From Tubiluchus corallicola (lineage: Eukaryota > Animalia > Priapulida): 64,000 bases of DNA. The position numbers and the translations under genes were made by a program. Location of the stretch: positions 1-64,000 of the forward strand of contig JAQGDQ010000906.1 in NCBI GenBank assembly GCA_030141605.1, read 5' to 3'. This document shows positions 24,164 through 40,500 of this stretch, one piece after another (position 1 is the first letter of the stretch; each line of letters opens with the position of its first letter). A model generated the notes under the pieces. The model searched no databases. It had not been told where the DNA came from and saw nothing but the letters and a program-made list of their open reading frames with translations.

Positions 24164-24585
24164 TGCCCTCCCTGTATCTCGACACTAGGCGGAGGAGCTG
24201 CACAAGCAGCCAACGGCTAGAAGGTGGAGGAGGTCAAGTGACCCAATGGCCATGTGTAGAGGAGTAAACCTTCCAAATCAGGAGTGGAGCCCAGAAGGCG
24301 GACCAGTGCAGCATGCTCACTGATTCCGGCAGCTCCTGCAGCCAACCTGGTGCCAAACGTATCGCTCCGCTTTCCTTTGGACTACACCAGCGAGGAAGAG
24401 AGGGGGTTCCTGTTGTCTGGGCAACTCAGGATCTCCATACACCTTGCCCAGGCGTGCGCCCTGGAGACGTTCAAGGATCGTACTGCTCAGCCACAGTCGA
24501 CGCTGCAGCTCCATCAATGTGATCAATAACTGACTCTCTTGGCACACACTCCATTGTCTTCCGAGACAGAGGGATGCCAACAACA
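24164..24585 (+). mobile_element. SINE-like retroelement body with (AAC)n-type tail and ~12-bp TSD
   Basis: TGATCTACGGGA flanks both ends (~24152 and ~24586). The 3' hairpin tgtct-tccg-agaca is followed by gatgccaacaac. Homologous to 50000-50426 (-). Confidence 0.75.
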
Positions 24586-24872
24586 TGATCTACGGGAAAA
24601 CGTACCCATGCAAGTAAAACTACGTCTCCAAGTTTCAAGCTGCAACTAAGTACTCAAATGCTTTCTTACACGAACTGACTTTGACATCAAAATTAACATT
24701 TTTTAAATCGGCTAATGGTTGCTCTTTTTACAAGCATTACACATTGAAATTTGTTCAATGCTCCTGTGCTTGATTGCAGCTAACTCAACTCGGTTTTCAA
24801 ACAAAAAAGTTTCTTACTTCTAACCTAGTTAAAAATTAAACACTTTTTTATTTACCCGCCTGTCACTTTTAA

Positions 24873-25330
24873 CCCTTTCAGTCCCAAATTATTTTTTAAT
24901 AAGAAAAAAATTTTGGCTTGGTACTTTTGTTCAGTATGTCCATCTTGTTTACACATAATAATTATTTTTTCTACCTGTGCCCGCGTGCTAAATATAGCCT
25001 GTATCCCACCGAATACATTGGGATTCAATGGAAGCATAAAATGTGCTTCATTTTGCAACTGCTGATAATTTTTTAAAGTATTTAAGACATTTAGTATGCA
25101 TGCTATGCTGATCTGTACAAAGTCGTCTCTAAAGTACTGTACCTTGCACAGTTTTTTATGCTATGTAGATTTTCTAGTTTGCCATTTTATCACCATTTTT
25201 AATCTATAGTTATTGGCTTAAATCAAAATAACTGTTAACAGATCAAATAACTGTCAGTTTTAAAATTTTATTAATTTTAAAGGCAGAGAATATTCTTCGT
25301 ATCCCACGGGATACAACGGGTATGAAAGGG
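24873..25330 (+). mobile_element. piggyBac-type MITE, second copy, 458 bp
   Basis: TTAA|CCCTTTCA...TGAAAGGG|TTAA, near-identical to 4285-4742. Confidence 0.9.
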
Positions 25331-28038
25331 TTAAGATAGGGATTCAAAACGAATAATTACGGCTTAATGTACACTCATTAGGAAGTTCTTCTCTTCTGTG
25401 ATTCGTTATCGAAAGCTGTAAACTCTTTATATGGAAGCGCTGTGCATAATCGTTTGTGGTGTGCTACTCAAGAGCAAATTACGAAACGATTTAATGCATT
25501 TTCTACACTTCAAGTTCCATTTAAACAATTTTAGAACTCCTTATATAGAATAACAAATCTTTTTTGTTTGTGTGGTGTGTTCGCGAACATCAAATTTCAT
25601 AGGTTTTAATAAACCAAACACAAGGTAGAAATTAAAAACAATAATAAAAAAATTAAGAGTCAGCATTTAGTGACTGTTTTGAATTGAATTTTTTGAAAAT
25701 TTGACGGATAAACGTTTCAGAACTATGCATCAGTCTTAGTCTTGGCAGGGATCTATCCCATCAGAGATGCACACCCAGGATAAATACCCGAGGAATCTTG
25801 ACAAAATGAAATTACCCAACAATAGCTTTCCTGGGGTCACTCATCTAGTTGCTGACCAAGATCGGCAATGCACAATTTTGGTGGCTAAACACACACTATG
25901 ACCACTCGGCTTTTCCTCACTCGCCTATATAATGTTGGACTACTTTCCTACATATTAATACGCTGTACAGAGTAACCTGGTAGTTTTCTGTTGCTAGGTT
26001 AGCAGCCACATTTTTCTTCAAGTATTTACTGTAGTAAAATAGCATTTGACTATTTCGTTTTCAGTTTTTAAATGAAAACAGGACGATTTTTCATATCCAA
26101 CCCCATTCTGAAGTATATTAAAGAGTATCCATTTTACCCGGCATGGTAAGATCAGCAAAGCCATGTAAACCAATGAGTGGACATCTTCCACCGCCACAAC
26201 AAATAGATCATTAGCTTTTCAAACGTCAGCTAATGGACAATCAGGTAAAAGGTAAAAAACGCAGTTTAACCAACCAAAGTCAAGTTGCATCTCCTGTGGG
26301 AGAAATCTGTGTCATGAACGTACAGAAATCCATGCGTTTGGCTTCAATCCGATTAAATGCACAAACGTACAGTTAGACGTTCAACCCAACCCGGGGGGGG
26401 GGCTAACATTCCCTAAACTAACAAATAGTACTACCTAGTTGATTATAACAATCTAGAAACAATTTACATTTAGTGAACATAAGTAAAGAAAAGCTGGTGT
26501 CAAAATAAGAAAATAAAGCTTAATGTTTATCTGCAAGTTAAAGTACGACTCTATGAGTTAACCTGGGTCCTTACACCTGTAATAATGCCAAAGTATTTTC
26601 TGATAATTAATTGAGAAGTTAAAATTTTAATTAATGGTGGGCAAGCCAATCCAGCGATGGCACAACGAATGGGCATGATTTTTTCATGGAAAGAAAAAAT
26701 TGAAGTACAGTGCTACTGTATATCATTCAGTGTGAAAATGACATATGAAAACTTGACAAATTTTAAGTTTATAATTCAAGATTCATGTTTACAGCTGAAC
26801 TCACACCTGAGCTAACGTGTGCACCACGTCACACCTGAACACATTTGAACTAAGTGGTACAGCACCGGTTTTTGTGCAAGAGGTTTAACTGCGAAGAACT
26901 TATGGTGCGAATGCAATTTCAACTCTGTGCTAATAATTCTTTCACTAAGCCATTCTTGAAAAAATAGTATTTTCCTTTCAACTTTCATAGTTTACATTGT
27001 TTTGAGGTGTAGGATCCTCAGCCAGTTTAGCCCCGTTTCACGAATAAAATAAAATGATTTTAATAATAATATATCTCTTTTGTTTGTTGTTTTTCATTTC
27101 TTCCTTTAAATTTAAAAAAAAGTTCTGATTAGCATTGAAAGATACTTGAACTTATTCTAATTTCAAATAAAATTGGAACAAGATGCTTAAGTTACACATG
27201 ATATTGGACAAAGTGAAGAGTTATTTTTCTTAGTTGGTGTCATAAGTTTATAAACCAAGTTAACAAAGAGTGTACAGTTAGTTGTTTGTACAAGGCGAGG
27301 CAGCGTTGATGTGACTGTATAAAATTATGACTGTATGTTTACTTTACTCCATCTCGTGTCTGTAGTTACACCAACCATTTATACAAGTTCAGCAGAGAGG
27401 TCAGAAAATTCCATTAGCAATTCTATAGTCTGCAGTTTTGCTGAGTCTGCGTTAATAAATCATGATACATACTGTGCCTTCTCTTGAGGCGTACGCATTT
27501 TGGGGTTTCAGTTAAAAAGACCCTTCTATCAACAGGAGACCTACATAAAACGTGAAATTTCAATGTGATCTCAAACTTAAATGAACACTGAATAAAACAA
27601 AACAAATCTGTTAAGACATCTTGTCAACTGCCTTTGTAATAAATTTTTAAAATTGTAAAGAGACTTTATAGACACCCTGTACTATACGTTGTGCAAAAAC
27701 AATTGGAAGAGTCTATTGCGACGTGGGGGTGCATCTGTCTTTCAGGAGCAGTTGCGTTGCGTTTTGTGGCGATTTAACTTCAAAATTAAGCAACTTGAAA
27801 ATCAGATTATGTGTGCGGGCACTGCTGTTGCATTAGACACTTTTTCTTGCAACTTCTAAACACACTTGAAGCTATTTTTTCCTCCAAACGTTGCTACCTT
27901 TACCGCTGCAAGAAAATGCAGTGAACTGCTGTGGCACGCTAACTTTGTTCACGAGTTGCTGAGTCAGTCGTGTTGAATGCACAGCTCAGATAATTCTGTT
28001 CTCAGTAAAGTAATTCCACAAATTTCGTTGGACAAAGG

Positions 28039-29343
28039 ATGGCATCTTCATTAGACGAGCCGCAAACTCCAGCTGAAAGGGTTGATGCGATGGACAACTG
28101 GAACGAGAGATACGATTATGTTTTTGGTAACGAAGATTTCCAGGAATTATGTGATGTAACTTTTTCAGTTGGTGAAATCATCATCAACGCTAGTCGGTAC
28201 TTACTTGCACTCAGAAGTGACGTTTTTAAGAGGATGCTGTTTGGGCCGCTGTGTCATAAACTTGGTGATGTCATACCAATAACCGACGTTGAATCTGAAG
28301 TGTTCCTGCTGCTTTTGAGGTTTATTTATACTGACAAAGCTGAATTAACTGGTGATAATGTTCTTCAAGTACTTTACACAGCTAGAAAATACAACATTCG
28401 TGAACTTGAAAAAATGGCTGTTGATTTCCTTAAATCTGAAATCACAACTGACAACGTCTGTACCATTCTGACAGCTGCTTGTTTCTATGAAAAGCGAGAT
28501 GTAGAGATGAACTGTCTGGAGGTCATTAGTATCGAGACGGAAGCAGTTATAAAGTCCGACAGTTTTACTTCCTTGAGCTACGACAGCTTATTGAGGATTG
28601 TCAAACTTGATGAACTGACAATTACTGAAGAGGGGAAACTATTTGATGCAGTTTTAAGATGGGCTGATGCTGAATGCAAGCGAAAGAACCTAGAGCAAAA
28701 TGTGTTCAACAAGAGAACAGTCTTATGTGACATCTTGTTTAAAATCAGATTTCCCACAATGGATCCAGAGTTATTCATCAAAGGACCGGTAGCAACTGGA
28801 ATATTAAATGCCGAGGAGCAAGCAAATGTTTTTATCAATTATCATCAAAAAGAGACATCAGAATCAATATTTCCAAAAATGCAGAGAAACTACGGCGCAG
28901 AAGTCGTGTCAGTCATGTGCGCTGTACCTGTTAAGGAAATTAATAGATTAGGAACAAGATCATCCTTTATATATTATCCTTTATATATTACTGTATCAAA
29001 AAAGATTGCAATCATTGGTGATGCTGATGAGCTTGTCATTAGTCTTTACAGATGTGATGATAGAAACTGCTCCAATGCTGGAGATAACCGTGGTGAAGGC
29101 TGTTGCTTGAATTTAGGAGTTGGTCCCTGTTCTACTTTCATCAGCATACGTAAGAACAGTTACATTGAAGTGATTAACAATAATCCACAAAGGTCACTCA
29201 AAATTATTCTAAATGAAGATAAAAAGGGACGGCACTGGGATGGAATAAATATTGCACAGTTTAGCACCGTCATGGACCCTGCTTCCGGGTTTATTAATGA
29301 TGGAAAATTTCGCATAAAAGTTGTGACGCTGTTAGCAAAATGA
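28039..29343 (+). CDS. BTB-BACK protein with C-terminal MATH/TRAF-like domain (BTBD1/2/3/6-like N-terminus), copy A, intronless CDS
   Basis: BTB motifs 'CDVTFSVG...ASRYLLALRSDVFKRMLFGP...IPITDVE..F..LLRFIYTD...VLYTARKY'. BACK motifs 'EGKLFDAVLRWADAEC.RK' and 'IRFPTM'. The C-terminal 'W..I..F..VMDPASGFINDGK.RI.V' resembles the last strands of a MATH domain. Confidence 0.9.
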   Translation: MASSLDEPQTPAERVDAMDNWNERYDYVFGNEDFQELCDVTFSVGEIIINASRYLLALRSDVFKRMLFGPLCHKLGDVIPITDVESEVFLLLLRFIYTDKAELTGDNVLQVLYTARKYNIRELEKMAVDFLKSEITTDNVCTILTAACFYEKRDVEMNCLEVISIETEAVIKSDSFTSLSYDSLLRIVKLDELTITEEGKLFDAVLRWADAECKRKNLEQNVFNKRTVLCDILFKIRFPTMDPELFIKGPVATGILNAEEQANVFINYHQKETSESIFPKMQRNYGAEVVSVMCAVPVKEINRLGTRSSFIYYPLYITVSKKIAIIGDADELVISLYRCDDRNCSNAGDNRGEGCCLNLGVGPCSTFISIRKNSYIEVINNNPQRSLKIILNEDKKGRHWDGINIAQFSTVMDPASGFINDGKFRIKVVTLLAK

Positions 29344-29619
29344 ATTGAAATGAAAATCATTTCTTGAAACTGATGCTTTTACAATTACGATTGATTGTTT
29401 ATAGACCAATAACTATTTACACCCCGTACGTTGCCACCCATTTTGAAAAAGTAAGTCGGTTTGTCATGATTGATTGTGATCAGCATAACAATGTCACGTA
29501 CAAGCTGTATCGTATGATTTGGCATTCGTAAATCTCCTTGTTCTTCAACATTTTTTCATTCAAGATTTTGGTCAACTTATAGTCAACAAAGAGGAAATAC
29601 CAGAACTAATCGAGTTGTT

Positions 29620-29872
29620 TTTTAGGCCTAGGTACATCGTATAGTATACAATAATTGTGTTTTTAGGCCTAGGTACATCGTATAGTATACAATAATTGTG
29701 TTTTTTAGGCCTAGGTACATCGTATAGTATACAATAATTGTGTTTTCTAGGCCTAGGTACATCGTATAGTATACAATAATTGTGTTTTTTAGGCCTAGGT
29801 ACATCGTATAGTATACAATAATTGTGTTTTTTCGCCTAGGTACATCGTATAGTATACAATAATTGTGGTTTT
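29620..29872. repeat. ~42-bp minisatellite with AGGCCT palindrome (also at ~39880-40180)
   Basis: Unit taggcctaggtacatcgtatagtatacaataattgtgttttt. Confidence 0.9.
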
Positions 29873-30947
29873 TTCATCATTGTGCATCGACGATAGAGGA
29901 GATTACAGAGGGCACTGTTGTTGATGTTGAAATGTCACCTGTAGCCTCTTTTGCATCTACAGCCTCCCATGTTTTTTTATAATCACTAGCTGCGTCATTT
30001 ATGCCATTAATAATAACGTCATCTGCAAGCTTATGGTTTTTTTGGTTAAACTTAACGAGCCTTTAATTAAATAATTTAACGATAATTTTTTTGGCCCACC
30101 TGTATAATGACTTTATGATTACCATCGTTATTTGAATAATTATTTCACTTGTTTCTGATATTATTGTGTTACAGATACATTTTTTGTTAAATTTGTATTT
30201 TTGTATACCTGTGTTTTTCTTCACCGGTGAATATACTTCGATATTATTCTGATATTTACTCATTATAGTACGTACAATTCGTTTATTATTAGGCCTATGT
30301 TTGCTTCAAATTACCATCAATCACGTTAATAAACTATTATTATATTTGAACAAAATCAGCGTGTTGCAATAGTTTCTTCACTACAGGCAACTATATAATA
30401 TACAATTTATTTATTAAAATGCAAACAAGAACTGCACCACTACTGAAAAAAGAAAAATCTTAAATCTTCATTAGCGATAAATAGAGCTCGAGAATTCAGT
30501 TTCTATACATGGAAAACATGTTAAAAAATTGTCTCATAACTCGCACAATTAGAAAATGAAATGTAGTGCCTCTAACTAGCACTAGATGGCGAAAGTGACC
30601 ATGTAGAACCAAATCAGAAAAGGTAAACAAAAGGTCTTTAGTTAGCACTAGAGTGAAAGAATTATTACCACACAAACACAATTTCGCGTTCGCGCCACTA
30701 GTTCTGTCCTGTTACATGCATTTCACCATTCGCTAACTAGACGGGCACTAGCGAATGCATTACGGAAACGCATTGCACAAAAACAATTGCTGTACCTCTC
30801 AGTTCAGATGTGTTAGTTTGTGACGAACTACACACGTTCGTCAGGTAATGCATGAGCACAGCAGTGAATTTGAAATTCCATAAAATTTAATAAAATATTT
30901 AACCTATTATTTATTTATCTGAAACGCTTTTGCAGCATTAATTGTAT

Positions 30948-31316
<369 letters not shown>

Positions 31317-32097
31317 CTCTAGTAACCTTATTAATATTATTATGTATATAGTTGTAAAGCTTTGTGATGCAAATCAGACAAATAAAAAACTATTGAATTG
31401 AATTGAATTGAATTACCATCATGCTCTCTAGGAAAGAATTCCACATTTAAGAAGCCCTGAAAAGAACGATTTTATTAACATTGTCCACATTTTCTAATGA
31501 CGCCATCACCATGACGTCACAATCTTACAAGACAAGCATCATGGGCGCTTGTCGATGATATATTAGAGTTGGCATTTCGAGGTATGTGGATCTTAGTCAA
31601 CTGTCGCCATCTTTTGGCCACCCAAGAAATCACTACAGGCAGTGATTTTACTAACACGTAGTGTGCGAATTATCACAAAAAATTTAATTTTTTTAACTTG
31701 AAAAGCTTACAAAATTTTGGAACGAAGTTTTTGCACTGAAGATTATTACAACGTTTTTGTAAATAATAAAGTTTATAGATTTTATTATTGCCGTAGAAGA
31801 ATAAGGAAAAACATGTGATTACAAGACGTCTAAAAACTTTAAAAAATATACAGGTGATAATTATGATGATTTTTATTATTTGTGTGTGTGTGTGTGTGTG
31901 CGTGTGCGTGTGCGTGCGTGCGTGTGTATTCTATAGACCAGTATAGACGACACAATCTTTCCACAATCCCAGCATTAATCTTTAAACTTTAAACTAAATT
32001 TGAATCTCCTTAGTAAGCTTTGCATGCGTTCTCTGTGCAAATAGCAATTTTCAGTTTCATGTATGTAAATAGGTACATGTTGATCTTAGCACCGGGG

Positions 32098-34318
32098 CGG
32101 ATAGTGTATACGACCGACCGCCAGAGGGCTTCCTGTAGTGCATGAACGGATAGTGTACACGACCGACCACCAGAGGGCTTCCTGTAGTGCATGAACGGAT
32201 AGTGTACATGACCGACCGCTAGGGGGCTTCCTGTAGTGCATGAACGGATAGTGTACATGACCGACCACTAGGGGGCTTCCTGTAGTGCATGAACGGATAG
32301 TGTACATGACCGGCCACTTGAGGGCTTCCTGTAGTGCATGAACGGATAGTTTACATGACCGATCGCCAGAGGGCTTCCTGTAGTGCATGAACGGATAGTG
32401 TACATGACCGACCGCCAGGGGGCTTCCTGTAGTGCATGAACGGATAGTGTACATGACCGACCGCTAGGGGGCTTCCTGTAGTGCATGAACGGATAGTGTA
32501 CATGACCGGCCACTAGAGGGCTTCCTGTAGTGCATGAACGGATAGTTTACATGATCGACCACTAGGGGGCTTCCTGCAGTGCATGAACGGATAGTGTACA
32601 TGATCGACCGCTAGAGGGCTTCCTGTAGTGCATGAACGGATAGTTTACATGACCGACCGCCAGAGGGCTTCCTGTAGTGCATGAACAGATAGTGTACATG
32701 ACCGACCGCTAGGGGGCTTCCTGTAGTGCATGAACGGATAGTGTACATGACCGGCCACCAGGGGGCTTCCTGTAGTGCATGAACGGATAGTGTACATGAC
32801 TGACCGCCAGGTCCGCTAGGGGGCTTCCTGTAGTGCATGAACGGATAGTGTACATGACCGACAGCCAGGTCCGCTAGGGGGCTTCCTGTAGTGCATGAAC
32901 GGATAGTGTACATGACCGACCGCTAGGGGGCTTCCTGTAGTGCATGAACGGATAGTGTACATGACCGGCCGCTAGGGGGCTTCCTGTAGTGCATGAACGG
33001 ATAGTGTACATGACCGACCGCTAGGGGGCTTCCTGTAGTGCATGAATGGATAGTGTACATGACCGACCGCTAGGGGGCTTCCTGTAGTGCATGAACGGAT
33101 AGTGTACATGACCGACCGCTAGGGGGCTTCCTGTAGTGCATGAACGGATAGTGTACATGACCGATCACCTGAGGGCTTCCTGTAGTGCATGAACGGATAG
33201 TGTACATGACCGGCCGCCAGAGGGCTTCCTGTAGTGCATGAACGGATAGTTTACATGATCGACCACTAGGGGGCTTCCTGTAGTGCATGAACGGATAGTG
33301 TACATGACCGGCCACTAGAGGGCTTCCTGTAGTGCATGAACGGATAGTGTACATGACCGATCACCAGAGGGCTTCCTGTAGTGCATGAACGGATAGTTTA
33401 CATGACCGGCCGCCAGAGGGCTTCCTGTAGTGCATGAACGGATAGTGTACATGACCGACCACTAGGGGGCTTCCTGTAGTGCATGAACGGATAGTGTACA
33501 TGACCGACCGCTAGGGGGCTTCCTGTAGTGCATGAACGGATAATGTACATGACCAACCGCCAGAGGGCTTCCTGTAGTGCATGAACGGATAGTGTACATG
33601 ACCGACCGCTAGGGGGCTTCCTGTAGTGCATGAACGGATAGTGTACATGACCGGCCGCCAGAGGGCTTCCTGTAGTGCATGAACGGATAGTGTACATGAC
33701 CGGCCACCAGAGGGCTTCCTGTAGTGCATGAACGGATAGTGTACATGACCGGCCACTAGAGGGCTTCCTGTAGTGCATGAACGGATAGTGTACATGACCG
33801 ACCACCAGAGGGCTTCCTGTAGTGCATGAACGGATAGTGTACATGACCGACCGCTAGGGGGCTTCCTGTAGTGCATGAACGGATAGTGTACATGACTGAC
33901 CGCCAGAGGGCTTCCTGTAGTGCATGAACGGATAGTGTTCATGACCGACCACCAGAGGGCTTCCTGGAGTGCATGAACGGATAGTGTACATGACCGGCCA
34001 CCAGAGGGCTTCCTGTAGTGCATGAACGGATAGTGTACATGACCGACCACCAGAGGGCTTCCTGTAGTGCATGAACGGATAGTGTACATGACCGGCCGCT
34101 AGGGGGGCTTCCTGTAGTGCACGAACGGATAGTGTACATGACCGGCCGCCAGGGGGCTTCCTGTAGTGCATGAACGGATAGTGTACATGACCGGCCGCTA
34201 GGGGGCTTCCTGTAGTGCATGAACGGATAGTGTACATGACCGACCGTCAGGGGGCTTCCTGTAGTGCATGAACGGATAGTGTACATGACCGACCGTCAGA
34301 GGGCTTCCTGTAGTGCAT
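32098..34318. repeat. 49-bp satellite, ~45 copies
   Basis: Unit gagggcttcctgtagtgcatgaacggatagtgtacatgaccgaccgcca. Variation is concentrated in a ~12-nt segment. Confidence 0.97.
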
Positions 34319-34629
34319 GGCTTCAGGTATCACAGCGACACATCTCTCTCTTACTTTCGATTTCCCCAAGGTGGCGCGGATTGGCCTAGCTTTTACTGCC
34401 CGGAGGGGTCGCCACTTGTGCCTGGTATTCGTGCATCCGTAGGCGTACGGGATGAAGTTCAACAAGAGGGGCAGAAGGAATTTTCCCTGAAAATTGCCCT
34501 GGCCTACAAGGTTTCCATGTAAGAGCAAACAGCTGATTACTTACTTACATAGGAGGTAGACTGACAAGTGTATTTATAGGCCTACTCAAGAGATTTGGCT
34601 TTGGATGAAGAGAGGCACACAACTTGTTC

Positions 34630-34793
34630 ATAATAATAATAACATTAATAATAACAATAATAATAATAATAGTAGTAGTAGTAGTAGTAATAATAATAAT
34701 AATAATAATAAAACAAAAATAATGATAATAATAATAACAATAATAATAATAGTAGTAATAGTAATAGTAATAATAATCATAATAATAGTAGTA

Positions 34794-34867
<74 letters not shown>

Positions 34868-34904
34868 CATCATCATCATCATAATCATAATCATAATAAT
34901 AATA

Positions 34905-34987
<83 letters not shown>
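34630..34987. repeat. (AAT)n-dominated microsatellite (resumes at 37341-37525)
   Basis: Visible directly. Confidence 0.95.
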
Positions 34988-37463
<2,476 letters not shown>

Positions 37464-37533
37464 TTAATCATAATAATAATAATAATAATAATAATCATAA
37501 TCATAATAAAAGTAGTAGTAATAATACTAGGAT

Positions 37534-40500
37534 GGCGCGACGAATGCGCATAATGTTTTCATGAAAAGGAAAAATTGAAGTACAGTGCTACTGTATATCA
37601 TTCAGTGTGAAAATGACATCTGAAAACTTGACTAATTTTAAGTTTATAATTCAAGATTCAAGTTTACAGCTGTACTCACACCTGAGCTAACATGTGCACC
37701 ACGTCACACCTGAACACATTTTAACTAAGTGGTACAGCACCGCTTTTTGTGCAAGAGGTTTAACTGCGAAGAACTTGTGGTGCGAATGCAATTTCAACTC
37801 TGTGCTAATAATTCTTTCACTAAGCCGTTCTTGAAAAAATAGTATTTTCCTTTCAACTTTCATAGTTTACATTGTTTTGAGGTGTAGGATCCTCAGCCAG
37901 TTTAACCCCGTTTCACGAATAAAATAAAATGATTTTAATAATAATATATCTCTTCAATTCAATTTCATTTCTTGCTTTAAATTTAAAAAAAGTTCTGATT
38001 ATATTTGAAAGATACTTGAACTTATTCTAATTTCAAATAAAATTGGGACAAGATGCTGAGTTACACATGATACTAGACAAAGTGAAGAGTTATTTTTCTT
38101 AGTTGGTGTCATAAGTTTATAAACCAAGTTAATAAAGAGTGTACAGTTAGTTGTTTGTATAAGGCTAGGCAGCGTTGACAATATAAAATTACGACTGTAT
38201 GTTTACCTTTAATGATTGTAGAGCATAAAACTGATAAAAAGGACAAAGTGCAAATTATTTCATCTCGTGTCTGTAGTTACACCAGCCATTTATACAAGTT
38301 CTCGATCAGCAGAGAGGTCAGAAAATTCTAGTAGCAAAAGAAATGGCATCTTCATTAGACGAGCCGCAAACTCCAGCTGAAAGGGTTGATGCGATGGGCG
38401 ACTGGAACGAGAGATACGATTATGTTTTTGGTAACGAAGATTTCCAGGAATTATGTGATGCAACTTTTTCAGTTGGTGAAATCATCATTAACGCTAGTCG
38501 GTACGTACTTGCACTCAGAAGTGACGTTTTTAAGAGGATGCTGTTTGGGCCGCTGTGTCATAAACTTGGTGATGTCATACCAATAACCGACGTTGAACCT
38601 GAAGGGTTCCTGCTGCTTTTGAGGTTTATTTATACTGACAAAGCTGAAATAACTGGTGATAATGTTCTTCAAGTACTTTACACAGCTAGAAAATACAACT
38701 TTCGTGAACTTGAAAAAATGGCTGCTGATTTCCTTAAATCTGAAATCACAACTGACAACGTCTGTACCATTCTGACAGCTGCTTGTTTCTATGAAAGCCG
38801 AGATGTAGAGATGAAGTGTCTGGAGGTCATTAGTGTCGAGACAGAAAGAGTTATAGGGTCCGACAGTTTTACTTCCTTGAGCTACGACAGCTTATTGAGG
38901 ATTGTCAAACTTGATGAACTGACAATTAGTGAAGAGGGGAAACTATTTGATGCAGTTTTAAGATGGGCTGATGCTGAATGCAAGCGAAAGAAACTAGAGC
39001 AAAATGTGTTCAACAAGAGAACAGTCTTATGTGACATCTTGTTTCAAATCAGATTTCCCACAATGGATCCAGAGTTATTCATCAAAGGACCGGTAGCAAC
39101 TGGAATATTAAATGCCGAGGAGCAAGCAAATGTTTTAATCAATCATCATCAAGAAGAGGCATCAGAATCAATATTTCCAAAAACGCAGAGAAACTACGGC
39201 GCAGAAGTTGTGTCAGTCATGTGTGCTGTACCTGTTAAGAAAATTGACAATTTAAAAATTGGAGGATTTTATAACATTGGTGATGCTGATAACCTTGTCA
39301 TTCGTCTTATCAGAAGTTATGATGGAATCTGCTCCAATGCTGGAGATAACCGTGGTGAAAACTGTTACTTGGATTTACAAGTTGATCCCTCTTGCTCTTC
39401 TACTTTGCGTAGCATTTGTAAGAACAGTTACATTGAAGTGATTAACAATAATCCACAAAGGTCACTCAAAACTATTCTAAATAAAGATACAGAGGAATGG
39501 CCCTGGGACGCAAGAAACATTGCACAGTTTAGAACCGTCATGGACCCTGCTTCCGGGTTTATTAATGATGGAAAAATTCGCATAAAAGTTGTGACGCTGC
39601 TTAGAAAATGAATTGAAAGGAAAATCATTTCTTGAAACTGATGCTTTCACGATTACGATTGATTGTTTATAGACCAATAAATATTTGCACGTTGCCGCCC
39701 ATTTTGAAGAAGTAAGTCGGTTTGTCATGATTGATTATGATCAGCATAACAATGTCACGTACAAGCTGTATCGTGTGATTTGGCATTCGTAAATCTCCTT
39801 GTTCTTCAACATTTTTTCATTCAAGATTTTGGTCAACTTATAGCCAACACAGAGAAAATACCAGAACTAATCGAGTTGCTTTTTAGGTCTAGGTACATCG
39901 TATAGTATACAATTATTGTGTTTTTTAGGCCTAGGTACATCGTATAGTATACAATAATTGTGGTTTTTTAGGCCTAGGTACATCGTATATTATACAATAA
40001 TTGTTTTTTAGGCCTAGGTACATCGTATAGTATACGATAATTGTGTTTTTTAGGACTAGGTACATCGTATAGTATACAATAATTGTGTTTTTTAGGCCTA
40101 GGTACATCGTATAGTATACAATAATTGTATTTTTTTCGCCTACGTACACCGTATAGTATACAATAATTGTGGTTTTTTTCGTCATTGTGCATCGACGATA
40201 GAGGAAATTACAGAGGGCACTGTTGTTGATGTTGAATAGTCACGTGTAGCCTCTTTTGCAGCTACAACCTCCCATGTTTTTTTTATAATCACTAGCTGCG
40301 TCATTTATGCCATTAATAATGACGTCATCTGCAAGCTTGTGGTTTTTTTGGTTAAAGTTAACGAGCCTTTTATTAAATAATTTAACGATAATTTTTTTGG
40401 CCCACCTGTATATTGACTTTACGATTACCATCGTTATTTGAATAATTATTTCACTTGTTTCTGATATTATTGTGTTACAGATACATTTTTTGTTAAATTT

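Noticed and set aside
32098-34318. CRISPR-like array (constant part plus variable part)
   Set aside because: The variable segment is only point variants of one sequence, not unique spacers. There are no cas genes and the context is eukaryotic.
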